This document shows positions 19,287 to 27,538 of a stretch of DNA of 27,538 nucleotides, in pieces (within the stretch, counting starts at the first letter, position 1; every line of letters starts with the position of its first letter). Source of the DNA: Chloroflexota bacterium (GTDB taxonomy: Bacteria > Chloroflexota > Limnocylindria > Limnocylindrales > CSP1-4). The notes beneath the pieces were generated by a model. The model did not search any database, was not told the origin of the DNA, and saw only the letters and a program-made list of their open reading frames with translations. A program made the translations under genes and the position numbers. Location: NCBI GenBank assembly GCA_031401015.1, contig JANNQZ010000116.1, forward strand, positions 1 through 27,538, given 5' to 3'.

Positions 19287-21230
19287 ATGGGCAAGATCAT
19301 CGGCATTGACCTCGGCACGACCAACTCCGTCGTGGCCGTCATGGAGGGCGGGGAGCCGACCGTCATCGCCTCCGCCGAGGGCGGGCGCACCGTCCCGTCC
19401 GTCGTGGCCTTCACCAAAACCGGCGAGCGGCTGGTGGGCCAGCTGGCCAAGCGCCAGGCGGTCACCAACCCGGCCAACACCGTCTATTCCATCAAGCGCT
19501 TCATGGGCCGCCGGTGGGATGACCCTGAAGTCAAGCGGTCCATGAAGTTCGTGCCGTACGCCGTCGAGAAGGACGGCAAGAGCGACGGCGTCGCGGTGAA
19601 GCTCGCCGACGGCAAGAGCTACACCCCGCCCGAACTCAGCGCGATGATCCTGCAGAAGCTCAAGACGGACGCGGAGGCCTATCTCGGCGAGAAGATCACC
19701 GAAGCGGTCATCACCGTTCCGGCCTACTTCGATGACACCCAGCGCCAGGCGACCAAGGACGCGGGGCGGATCGCGGGTCTGGACGTCAAACGGATCATCA
19801 ACGAGCCAACCGCCTCTGCCCTGGCCTATGGCCTCGACAAGCAGCACGACGAGAAGATCGCGGTCTACGACCTGGGCGGCGGAACCTTCGATATTTCCAT
19901 CCTCGAGCTTGGCGAGGGGGTCTTCGAGGTCAAGGCGACCAACGGCGACACCCATTTGGGCGGCGACGACTTCGACCAACGGGTGATCGACTGGCTGCTG
20001 GCCGAATTCAAGAAGGACCAGGGGATCGACCTGGCCAAGGACCAGCAGGCCCTCCAGCGGCTCAAGGAGGCCGCCGAAAAGGCCAAGATCGAGCTCAGCT
20101 CGACCGCCTCCACAGAGATCAACCTGCCGTATGTGACGGCCGACGCCAGCGGCCCGAAGCATCTCGTCATCACACTCACCCGGGCCAAGCTCGAAGACCT
20201 GGTCGCGGACCTGATCGAGAAGACCAAGGGCCCGGTCCTCGCCGCCATGAAGGACGCCGGGCTGAAGCCGAGCGAAATCGACGAGGTGATCCTCGTCGGG
20301 GGCATGACTCGTATGCCCGCCGTCGTCGATGCGGTCAAGGCCATGTTCGGTGGCAAGGAGCCGCACAAGGGCGTCAACCCGGACGAGGTTGTCGCCATCG
20401 GCGCCGCGATCCAGGCCGGCGTGCTGGCCGGTGACGTCAAGGACGTGCTCCTGCTCGACGTGACGCCGCTATCGCTCGGGATCGAGACGCTTGGCGGGGT
20501 CATGACCAAGCTGATCGAGCGCAATACGACGATCCCAACGTCGAAGTCACAGGTCTTTTCGACCGCCTCGGATTCGCAGTCGCAGGTGGAGATCCACGTC
20601 CTCCAGGGCGAGCGTGACTTTGCCGCGGATAACAAGACGCTCGGTCGATTCATCCTCGACGGGATTCCACCGGCCCCGCGCGGCGTTCCGCAGGTTGAGG
20701 TCACGTTCGACATCGATGCCAACGGGATCCTCGACGTCAAGGCCAAGGACCGTGCGACCGGCAAGGAACAGCAGGTCCGGATCACGGCCTCGTCCATGCT
20801 GGACAAGAGCGCGGTGGACCAGATGGTTCGCGATGCGCAGGAGCACGCGGAAGAGGACAAGGCCCGACGGGAGTCGGTCGAGACCCGTAACCAGGCCGAG
20901 TCGTTGACCTTCCAGGCGGAGCGGGCGCTCAAGGATCTTGGTGACAAGGTCTCGTCCGAGGACAAGCTCGAGGTTGAGAACTCGGTTGCATCGCTCCGGG
21001 AGGCGCTAAAGGGCGCGGAGCTGGAGCCGGTCCGCACCGGCATGTTGTCACTGACCGAGGTGCTCCAGCGTGTCTCGACGACCGCCTACCAGGCCGCCGG
21101 GTCCGGTCCCGGCGACGCCGACGGCGGGGAGCCTTCGACCAACGGCTTCGAGCCGGACGAGGGCCCGGAGCCGAGTGGCAAGGCCAAGGAAGGCGAGGAA
21201 GCGGTCGAGGGCGAATTCAAGGAGGTCTGA
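19287..21230 (+). CDS. dnaK: Chaperone DnaK (Hsp70)
   Basis: [39 protein letters not shown] and [20 protein letters not shown]. Confidence 0.99.
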   Translation: MGKIIGIDLGTTNSVVAVMEGGEPTVIASAEGGRTVPSVVAFTKTGERLVGQLAKRQAVTNPANTVYSIKRFMGRRWDDPEVKRSMKFVPYAVEKDGKSDGVAVKLADGKSYTPPELSAMILQKLKTDAEAYLGEKITEAVITVPAYFDDTQRQATKDAGRIAGLDVKRIINEPTASALAYGLDKQHDEKIAVYDLGGGTFDISILELGEGVFEVKATNGDTHLGGDDFDQRVIDWLLAEFKKDQGIDLAKDQQALQRLKEAAEKAKIELSSTASTEINLPYVTADASGPKHLVITLTRAKLEDLVADLIEKTKGPVLAAMKDAGLKPSEIDEVILVGGMTRMPAVVDAVKAMFGGKEPHKGVNPDEVVAIGAAIQAGVLAGDVKDVLLLDVTPLSLGIETLGGVMTKLIERNTTIPTSKSQVFSTASDSQSQVEIHVLQGERDFAADNKTLGRFILDGIPPAPRGVPQVEVTFDIDANGILDVKAKDRATGKEQQVRITASSMLDKSAVDQMVRDAQEHAEEDKARRESVETRNQAESLTFQAERALKDLGDKVSSEDKLEVENSVASLREALKGAELEPVRTGMLSLTEVLQRVSTTAYQAAGSGPGDADGGEPSTNGFEPDEGPEPSGKAKEGEEAVEGEFKEV

Positions 21231-21272
21231 GCGCGGCCCGCGCGAAGATGCCGCGACCCGGCCTGTTCGGGG

Positions 21273-22622
21273 TTAGGTGGCCAGCCGTTCGACCTCGACA
21301 GCTGCGGCGTGCGGCTGATCGTTGGGCAGCTCCGTGCCGGCTGGCGCGGGCGCTGTCGCGCCCGGTCCGTCGATCATGCGTTGCGCCAGGTCCAGGGTGC
21401 GCAGGTGCGGGGCGAACACCGCCACGACCGCGACCACCGCGAGGGTGACGAACCCGCCTCCGACCACGCTGGGAACGACGCCGAAGATGGACGCCGCGAC
21501 ACCGCTCTCGAACGCCCCGAGTTCGTTCGACCCGCCGATGAACACGTAGTTGACCGACGCGATCCGGCCGCGCATCGCCTCTGGCGACTCGACCCGCAGG
21601 ATGAGGCTCCGGATCACGACGCTCACGCCGTCCGCGAACCCGCTCACGAACAGGGCCGCTAGCGACAGGATGAAGAGTGACGATAGGCCGAACACGACCA
21701 TCGAGACCCCGAAGATCGTCACGCAGGCGAGGAAGATCGGCCCCGCGCGACGACGCGGCTGGAGACGTGCGGTCGCCAGCATGGCAATGAGCGCTCCGGC
21801 GGCCGGTGCCGTTCGGAGCAATCCCAGGCCAAGCGGACCGACCATCAGGATGTCGGTCGCAAAGACGGGCAGCATCGCGATTGCGCCACCGAAGAAGACA
21901 GCGAACAGGTCCAGGGCCATCGAGCCGACGAGCACCTGGTTTCCTGCCACGTAGCGAACCCCGCTTGTCAGGCTTTCGACCATGGATTGGTCCGCATCGG
22001 GCTCCGGAATTGGCTTCCCCTTGATCAGCGCGACAAAGCCCGTGGAACCCGCCAGGAGCAGGACGATCGCGAAGTAGGTCGCCGGTAGCCCGATGACCGC
22101 GACCCCGATGCCGCCAAGCACTGGTCCGAGAATGCTGCCCAGGGTCCAGCTCGAGCCAATCCACGAGGTTCCCGTCGACGCGTGCTCGATCGGGATGACC
22201 TGAGCCTCGAGTGCTGATAGCGCCGGACGCTCGAATCCGGAGGACACGCCGATCACGAACCCCACGGCGAGGATCAGCGGTAGCCCGATCAGGGACGGCG
22301 TCAGCGAACCGACGGCGAGCGCCAGGGCTGCGAGGGTGAGTGCCGAGGACGCGACGATCACGATGCTGCGGCGGTCGCGTCGATCGGCCAGGTGCCCGCC
22401 GATGAGCATCAAGGCGAGTGCGGGGATCGCCTCGACCAGGCCAAGCAAACCGAGTGCGAGCGGGTCACCCGTGACTTCATATGTCTGGAAGGCGATCACG
22501 GTGGCCAACGCGCTTGCCCCAAGCGATTGGGTGGTTCGAGCGCCCAGGAGGGCCCGAAACTCGGCGATGGCGATGACGCTGTTCCTGGGAGTCGGCGCGG
22601 GCGTGCGTCGGGTGCCGGTCAT
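21273..22622 (-). CDS. MFS transporter (DHA3/EntS/MFS_3-like exporter, about 12 TM)
   Basis: Motif A variant GGHLADRRDRR, GPVLGG, and MRGRIAS in the second half. About 12 hydrophobic segments. Ends in TAA. Confidence 0.88.
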   Translation of the reverse strand: MTGTRRTPAPTPRNSVIAIAEFRALLGARTTQSLGASALATVIAFQTYEVTGDPLALGLLGLVEAIPALALMLIGGHLADRRDRRSIVIVASSALTLAALALAVGSLTPSLIGLPLILAVGFVIGVSSGFERPALSALEAQVIPIEHASTGTSWIGSSWTLGSILGPVLGGIGVAVIGLPATYFAIVLLLAGSTGFVALIKGKPIPEPDADQSMVESLTSGVRYVAGNQVLVGSMALDLFAVFFGGAIAMLPVFATDILMVGPLGLGLLRTAPAAGALIAMLATARLQPRRRAGPIFLACVTIFGVSMVVFGLSSLFILSLAALFVSGFADGVSVVIRSLILRVESPEAMRGRIASVNYVFIGGSNELGAFESGVAASIFGVVPSVVGGGFVTLAVVAVVAVFAPHLRTLDLAQRMIDGPGATAPAPAGTELPNDQPHAAAVEVERLAT

Positions 22623-22909
22623 CGCGACAGAGTAGACGGGCGCGGGAGCAGCGGGTGCGGCGGTGGGCGCCGCCGGTCGCGCAGCCGATCGAGCGCCTCG
22701 CCGTCAAAGGTGATCCGGACAACGAGATACCCACCCAAGGCGGCCACCAAGTCACCCAGGTCCTCGGCCCCGATCCGCCCAGCACGTTCAGCCTCGATCT
22801 CGCCCACGACAAACCGCGACAACTTCGCGGCGGTCGCGAGCTGCGCCTGGGTCCATCCGCGCCGTCTCCGGAGCAGGCGGACATCGCCGCCGAGGCGCGT
22901 TGCGTCCAT
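22619..22909 (-). pseudogene. XRE-family helix-turn-helix gene, apparently truncated after ~80 codons
   Basis: LRRRRGWTQAQLATAAKLSRFVVGEIE is a clear Cro/C1 HTH. After GEALDRLRDRR the sequence becomes a Pro-rich run that reads through the putative MFS promoter. Confidence 0.6.
22629..22634 (-). promoter_or_regulatory. Candidate -10 (TACTCT) for a leaderless MFS transcript
   Basis: TANNNT hexamer exactly 6 nt before the ATG at 22622, with no SD sequence. Confidence 0.45.
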
Positions 22910-22973
22910 GGCTTCGAGTGTGCCCGTCGGCGCTCACCCTGGACGTATCCGGGACGTGGCCCCTCCGCGTCGC

Positions 22974-22979
22974 TACACT
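22974..22979 (+). promoter_or_regulatory. Candidate -10 (TACACT) of the tetR-men operon
   Basis: TANNNT hexamer 7 nt upstream of the palindromic operator. No clear -35. Confidence 0.5.
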
Positions 22980-22986
22980 ATCAACA

Positions 22987-23006
22987 AACCGACCGGTCGG
23001 TCGGTT
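22987..23006. promoter_or_regulatory. Palindromic operator, probable TetR binding site
   Basis: AACCGACC-GGTC-GGTCGGTT has perfect 8-bp inverted arms and contains the perfect 14-bp palindrome ACCGACCGGTCGGT (22988-23001). It lies at the predicted transcription start of tetR. Confidence 0.75.
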
Positions 23007-23051
23007 ACCAGTTGGTGGCGACGGATCGTGAGTTCGAACGAAGGACGTCCC

Positions 23052-23681
23052 GTGACCCAGGCGGAACGCAGCCGGTCGCGACGCGAGCAGATCCTGGATG
23101 CCGCGTTCCACACCTTTACCCGGCGCGGCTACCGGGATACCGCGATGGATGAGATCGCGGCGGCCGCGGACACGAGCAAGGGCGGCGTCTACTTCCACTT
23201 CCCGACCAAGGAAGCGATCTTCCGCGAACTGATCCGGACGACCGCGGATCGGCTCGCGTCGAAGGTAGAGCGCGCAGTGGCCGAGCAGACTGAGCCGATT
23301 GCCCGCGCTGACGCCGCGCTCCGAACCGTGCTGATGACGTTCGCCGGCCACCGGACGATGGCCCGCCTGTTCTTCATCGATGCGATGGGGGCGGGGCGCG
23401 TCTTCAATGCCGAGACGAACGAACTCCACGACCGCTTTGCCGGGATGATTGGGAGGTACCTTGACGAGGCGGTGGCCGAACGGGTGATCCCACCCGTGGA
23501 CACGGCGCTGGTCGGGGTGGCGTGGTTCGGGGCGCTGAACGAGGTCGTCGCGCGCTGGTTGTTGGTCGACGATGCCGCCCCGCTTGAGGCGGCCTACCCG
23601 ACGCTGCGCGCCTTGTTGTTGCGAGGGGTGGGTGTCAGTGAGGCGCGAATCGCTTCATTAACCGACCGGGCCGTTTCGTGA
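23052..23681 (+). CDS. TetR/AcrR-family transcriptional regulator
   Basis: RREQILDAA...GYRDTAMDEIAAAADTSKGGVYFHFPTKEAIF. GTG at 23052 with AAGGA RBS; the ORF-track start at 22392 is spurious. Confidence 0.93.
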   Translation: MTQAERSRSRREQILDAAFHTFTRRGYRDTAMDEIAAAADTSKGGVYFHFPTKEAIFRELIRTTADRLASKVERAVAEQTEPIARADAALRTVLMTFAGHRTMARLFFIDAMGAGRVFNAETNELHDRFAGMIGRYLDEAVAERVIPPVDTALVGVAWFGALNEVVARWLLVDDAAPLEAAYPTLRALLLRGVGVSEARIASLTDRAVS

Positions 23682-25162
23682 CTGTGGCCGACTCCGTGGC
23701 CGGCCGGACCGCTCGGGGTAGGGTCCCGGCGACCGACGGGCCGGCGACGACGGCGTTCCGGACGCATCTTGAAGCCGTACGGATTGCTGGCGACCCGGGA
23801 CATCTCGTCTGGGCGACGTGCTCGGTGCCCGAACTCGATCCGATCTCCCTCTATGCCACAGCCCGTGCGCTTGGCTTCGAGGCGGTGCTTTGGCTTCAGC
23901 CGGCGGCTGGACGGTCGATCGTGGGCATTGGGCGTGCCTGGGCGATCGAGTCGCGAGGCCCGGAGCGGTTCTCCGCGGCTGCGCTGGCGTGGCGTGCCGT
24001 TCTCAACGGCGCGGTCGGTCCAAGCGGTGCGGCGGCCGACTCGCCGGGGAATGGACCGATCCTGCTCGGTGGGCTCGGGTTCAGCGGACGGAAGCCGGCG
24101 TCGGGCGACGCCTGGAGTCCGTTCGGCGCGGCGTCGCTCGTCCTGCCGAAGTTCACGGTCTCGCGGGACCCGTCGGGGGCGTTCCTGACGACCGCTGCGG
24201 GGCCTGGGCAGCCTCGCGGGCTTGATCCCGAGCGGCTGGAACGTGATTGGGCCGATCTGGTCAGCCGCTGCCAGGATCGTCCGGTGGCGATGGGCGGAGT
24301 CTGGCCCGGGTCCATCGGCGCGGCCGCTGCCACTGCGCAGAGCACTCCCGATCGCGCGGCCTGGGATCGGATTGTCGGCCTGTTCGCCGGCGCAGTCGGG
24401 CGTGGTCGACTCGACAAGGTCGTGTTGTCGCGCCGAGTCGCGTATCGGACGACGGCCGACTTCGATCTCGTGTCGGCGCTTCAGCACCTTGCTCGCACGG
24501 CACCGGAGAGCACGACCTTCGCGTTCGGCCGGCAGGGAGCCACCTTCCTGGGCGCCACCCCGGAGCGACTCGCACGAACGAAGGGACGCTCGTTCGAGAC
24601 CGTCGCGATCGCCGGGTCGGCGGCAAGAGGGCAGGACCCTGCCGAGGATGCCCGGTTTGCGGCGGCGCTGCTGGCAAGCGAGAAGGACCGCGAGGAGCAG
24701 GCAGTCGTCGTCGAAACGCTCAGGTCAAGCCTCGCGCCGATCGCCGAGGTCATGGACGTTCCCGACGCCCCCGGCATCCTGAAGCTCAGGCACGTTCAGC
24801 ACCTGGTGACGCCGATCACCGGGCGCCTCCGCGAGGAGCAGGGTCTGCTCGCGCTGGCCGAGCGACTGCATCCGACGCCAGCCGTTGGCGGGGCGCCGCG
24901 CGATGTGGCGCTCGAGATGATCGCCGAGCACGAGCACGCCGATCGTGGCTGGTACGCCGGGCCGATCGGCTGGCTGGGTGCCGACGGTGACGGAGAGCTG
25001 ATGGTCGCCCTGCGCTGCGGGCTGGTGACGGGTTCGCAGGCCACCCTGTTCGCCGGCTGCGGCATCGTTGCCGATTCGGATCCCGCCAGGGAGTGGGAGG
25101 AGTCACGGCTGAAGTTGCGCGCGATGGGGCTGGCCCTCGCCGTCCCCGGGGAGGACGAATGA
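23678..25162 (+). CDS. menF: Isochorismate synthase, menaquinone-specific
   Basis: DKVVLSR, GATPERL, KDREE, HPTPAVGG, RGWYAG and FAGCGIVADS. Directly upstream of menD. GTGA overlap with tetR. Confidence 0.92.
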   Translation: MTVADSVAGRTARGRVPATDGPATTAFRTHLEAVRIAGDPGHLVWATCSVPELDPISLYATARALGFEAVLWLQPAAGRSIVGIGRAWAIESRGPERFSAAALAWRAVLNGAVGPSGAAADSPGNGPILLGGLGFSGRKPASGDAWSPFGAASLVLPKFTVSRDPSGAFLTTAAGPGQPRGLDPERLERDWADLVSRCQDRPVAMGGVWPGSIGAAAATAQSTPDRAAWDRIVGLFAGAVGRGRLDKVVLSRRVAYRTTADFDLVSALQHLARTAPESTTFAFGRQGATFLGATPERLARTKGRSFETVAIAGSAARGQDPAEDARFAAALLASEKDREEQAVVVETLRSSLAPIAEVMDVPDAPGILKLRHVQHLVTPITGRLREEQGLLALAERLHPTPAVGGAPRDVALEMIAEHEHADRGWYAGPIGWLGADGDGELMVALRCGLVTGSQATLFAGCGIVADSDPAREWEESRLKLRAMGLALAVPGEDE

Positions 25163-26997
25163 CCGGCACTCTGGCGCTGCGAGCGATGGTCCAGGCCCTG
25201 GTCGACGCCGGGGTGGAGGATGTGGTCGCCTGTCCGGGATCCAGGTCGACGCCGTTGGCCCTCGCGACCCGGGCGCATCCGGGACTGCGCGTCCGTGTGC
25301 TGCTTGACGAGCGCTCGGCCGGGTTCTTTGCGCTGGGCCTGGCGAAGGCATCGCGCCGCCCGGTGGCCGTCGTGGTGACCTCGGGAACCGCGGTCGCCAA
25401 CCTCCTGCCAGCGGTTGTGGAGGCGTCGCTCGCCCGGGTTCCCCTGGTCCTGTTGACCGCGGACCGACCGCCCGAGTTGCGCGATCGCGGCGCGCCCCAG
25501 ACGATCGACCAGGTCCACATCTTTGGTGGCCACGTGCGCTGGTTCGCGGACCTACCAGTCATGGACGACCTGCCGGAGACGCGGCGACACATGGAAGCGG
25601 CGGTCGGGCGCGCGGTGGCGACGGCTCGTTCCGCGCCGCAGGGTCCCGTGCAACTCAACGTCCCGTTCCGCGAGCCCCTGGTGCCAGGCTCGGCGTTGGG
25701 GCCCTTGGACCCGCCGGGACCGGGTTCCGTGTCAGCGCCACCGGACCCGCCGGCGCCGGCGACATTCGACGGCGCCCGAAGGAGGGGCGCCGGGCGGTCA
25801 TTCGTCGACGCCGTAGTCGGTCGGCCGACCCTGGCCGTGGTCGACCTTGGGGACCTGGCCACGCGTTTCGGTGGCATCGAGCGAGGCCTGATCGTCGCCG
25901 GCCCGCAGGATGACCCGGACGTCCCGGCTGCCCTCGCCCGGCTCGCCGCGGTGACCGGCTATCCGATCCTGGCAGACCCACTCTCTGGCAGCCGCTGTGG
26001 TCCGCACGATCGCTCGCACGTCATCGCCCACGCCGATCACCTGGTCAGGCCCGGGCGCTGGCGCGATGCTCACCTGCCGGACCTCGTGATCCGCTTCGGT
26101 GCTGCTCCAACCTCCAAACCGGTGATGACCATGCTGGCCGACGAGCCGCCGATCCAGATCGTCGTGGACGGCGATGGCGGGTGGCGTGAGCCGGCGCTGA
26201 TCGCGACCACATTCATCCATGCCGACGCCGCAGCGACCGCACTCGCCCTTGCCGATCGTCTCGCTGGTTCGGGCGCCGTCACCGACGCACGCGCCTCGAA
26301 CTGGGCGTCCGCGTGGCGTGTCGCGGACGCCGCCGCGGACCGAGCCCTGCGCGATTGGCTGGCCGGCGTGACCCGGCGCGGTGAGCCGTTCGAAGGGCAC
26401 CCGTTTACCCTACTCGCGGACGAGCTTCCGGATGGCGCCCTGCTGTGGGCCGGGAACAGCATGCCTGTGCGGGACCTCGATGCCTGGCTCCCGGCCGGCC
26501 CGCGCGCCATTCGGGTGCTCTCGAACCGCGGTGCCAATGGGATCGACGGCGTGGTCTCGACCGCCCTGGGTTCGGCTGCAGCCGGGATCGAGCCGGTCGT
26601 GCTGGTAGTCGGCGACGTTTCGTTCCTGCACGACCTGAACGCACTAGTGGCGGCCAGGCTGCACGACCTGTCCGCGACCATCGTGCTGATCGACAACGAC
26701 GGCGGCGGGATTTTCTCCTTCCTCCCGCAGGCGTCGACCAGTGCTCCAGGGGTAGGGCTGCCGGACCACTACGAGGAACTGTTCGGAACACCGCATGGCA
26801 TCGACGTCGGGCCGATCGTCGAGGCCCTGGGTGGGCAATATCGACGCGTCGGGCCTGCCGATCTGGGCGACGCGATCGCCGACTCGATTGTGAGGCCGGG
26901 TGTGCAGGTCCTGAGCCTCCGGACCGACCGAGCCCGCAACGTCGAGCTCCACCGGGAGGCAGCCGCCGCCGTTGCGACGGCGCTCGAGCGGCCATGA
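25159..26997 (+). CDS. menD: SEPHCHC synthase
   Basis: CPGSRSTPL, DERSAGFFALG, TSGTAVAN, DRPPELR, SNRGANGIDG, GDVSFLHD and NDGGGIF. ATG at 25159 overlaps the menF stop. Confidence 0.96.
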   Translation: MTGTLALRAMVQALVDAGVEDVVACPGSRSTPLALATRAHPGLRVRVLLDERSAGFFALGLAKASRRPVAVVVTSGTAVANLLPAVVEASLARVPLVLLTADRPPELRDRGAPQTIDQVHIFGGHVRWFADLPVMDDLPETRRHMEAAVGRAVATARSAPQGPVQLNVPFREPLVPGSALGPLDPPGPGSVSAPPDPPAPATFDGARRRGAGRSFVDAVVGRPTLAVVDLGDLATRFGGIERGLIVAGPQDDPDVPAALARLAAVTGYPILADPLSGSRCGPHDRSHVIAHADHLVRPGRWRDAHLPDLVIRFGAAPTSKPVMTMLADEPPIQIVVDGDGGWREPALIATTFIHADAAATALALADRLAGSGAVTDARASNWASAWRVADAAADRALRDWLAGVTRRGEPFEGHPFTLLADELPDGALLWAGNSMPVRDLDAWLPAGPRAIRVLSNRGANGIDGVVSTALGSAAAGIEPVVLVVGDVSFLHDLNALVAARLHDLSATIVLIDNDGGGIFSFLPQASTSAPGVGLPDHYEELFGTPHGIDVGPIVEALGGQYRRVGPADLGDAIADSIVRPGVQVLSLRTDRARNVELHREAAAAVATALERP

Positions 26998-27538
26998 GCG
27001 CCGTGACGATCGATGGCCTGCGCTGGGAAGTCCGCGTCCGCGGCGCGGGGGTCCCGCTTCTCCTGCTTCACGGGTTCATGGGACGGGGGTCGAGTTGGGT
27101 TGGGCACGCGAGGGCCTTCGCCCGGCTGTACCGGGTCGTCGTCGTTGACCTGCCCGGCCACGGCCGATCGGGAATTCCCCCGGACGGGCGACGCGGGAGC
27201 GTGGAGCGGATTGCTGACGACCTCGCCGAGGTCCTCGGGCGAGTCGGTTGCGCACCGGCGCACGTCCTCGGGTACTCGCTTGGCGCGCGGGTCGCCTTGC
27301 GTCTGGCCGTCGCTCATCCGCAAACGTTGCGCCGTCTCGTGCTCGAAAGCCCCTCGGCGGGGCTGGCCTTCGAGGTCGAACGGGCCACTCGACGCGCCGC
27401 TGACTCGGACCGGGCCGAGCGCCTGGAGCGAGAGGGGATCGCGGCGTTCGTCAACGATTGGGAGCGGGAACCGATCTTCTCCAGCCTCAACAGCCTGCCG
27501 CGCGCCCGGGCGGCGCGACTCCGTGCCGACCGGCTCCG
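26994..27538 (+). CDS. menH: SHCHC synthase (alpha/beta hydrolase), truncated by the window edge; not in the ORF track
   Basis: Translated by hand: MSAVTIDGLRWEVRVRGAGVPLLLLHGFMG...DLPGHG...GYSLGARVAL...LVLESPSAGL...F...W...P.F. ATGA overlap with menD. Confidence 0.9.
   Translation, partial: MSAVTIDGLRWEVRVRGAGVPLLLLHGFMGRGSSWVGHARAFARLYRVVVVDLPGHGRSGIPPDGRRGSVERIADDLAEVLGRVGCAPAHVLGYSLGARVALRLAVAHPQTLRRLVLESPSAGLAFEVERATRRAADSDRAERLEREGIAAFVNDWEREPIFSSLNSLPRARAARLRADRL

Noticed and set aside
13569-21043. Antisense ORFs opposite lepA, hemW, hrcA and dnaK (e.g. 14502-15422, 16269-17522, 17666-18733, 19263-20366, 19865-21043)
   Set aside because: Well-known shadow ORFs of conserved genes, including the recurrent antisense-dnaK frame; no independent evidence of expression.
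21231-21272. Bidirectional terminator between dnaK and the MFS gene
   Set aside because: Only 4-5 bp GC stems and no U-tract on either strand.

Overview
High-GC core-chromosome segment, most plausibly from a Chloroflexota bacterium. This is inferred from the DnaK C-terminus VEGEFKEV, a DUF5679-type zinc-ribbon gene and the gene order; it was not checked against a database. Left to right: the likely right end of an integrated element (tail of a foldase-like gene, intrinsic terminator, a secreted protein, GTACCCC repeats and a 3' fragment of tRNA-Arg(UCG) resembling attR); a membrane protein; a 1206-aa surface protein (lamin-tail domain, Pro/Thr linkers, about 7 OB-fold-like repeats, C-terminal anchor, no evident catalytic domain); a uridine-phosphorylase-like gene; a 46-aa zinc-ribbon gene missed by the ORF track; gap-pgk-eno followed by a membrane protein gene with an in-frame TAA; rpsT with a ~140-aa Lys/Ala tail; eamA-lepA-CPBP-hemW; CIRCE-controlled hrcA-grpE-dnaK (no dnaJ); an MFS transporter; a truncated XRE gene; and a translationally coupled tetR-menF-menD-menH operon with a palindromic operator. 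No CRISPR array, intact tRNA, rRNA, integrase or transposase was seen. The best leads are TetR control of menaquinone synthesis, the non-catalytic multi-OB surface protein, the histone-like S20 tail and the att-like island boundary. All family assignments come from motif recognition by eye, not from searches.
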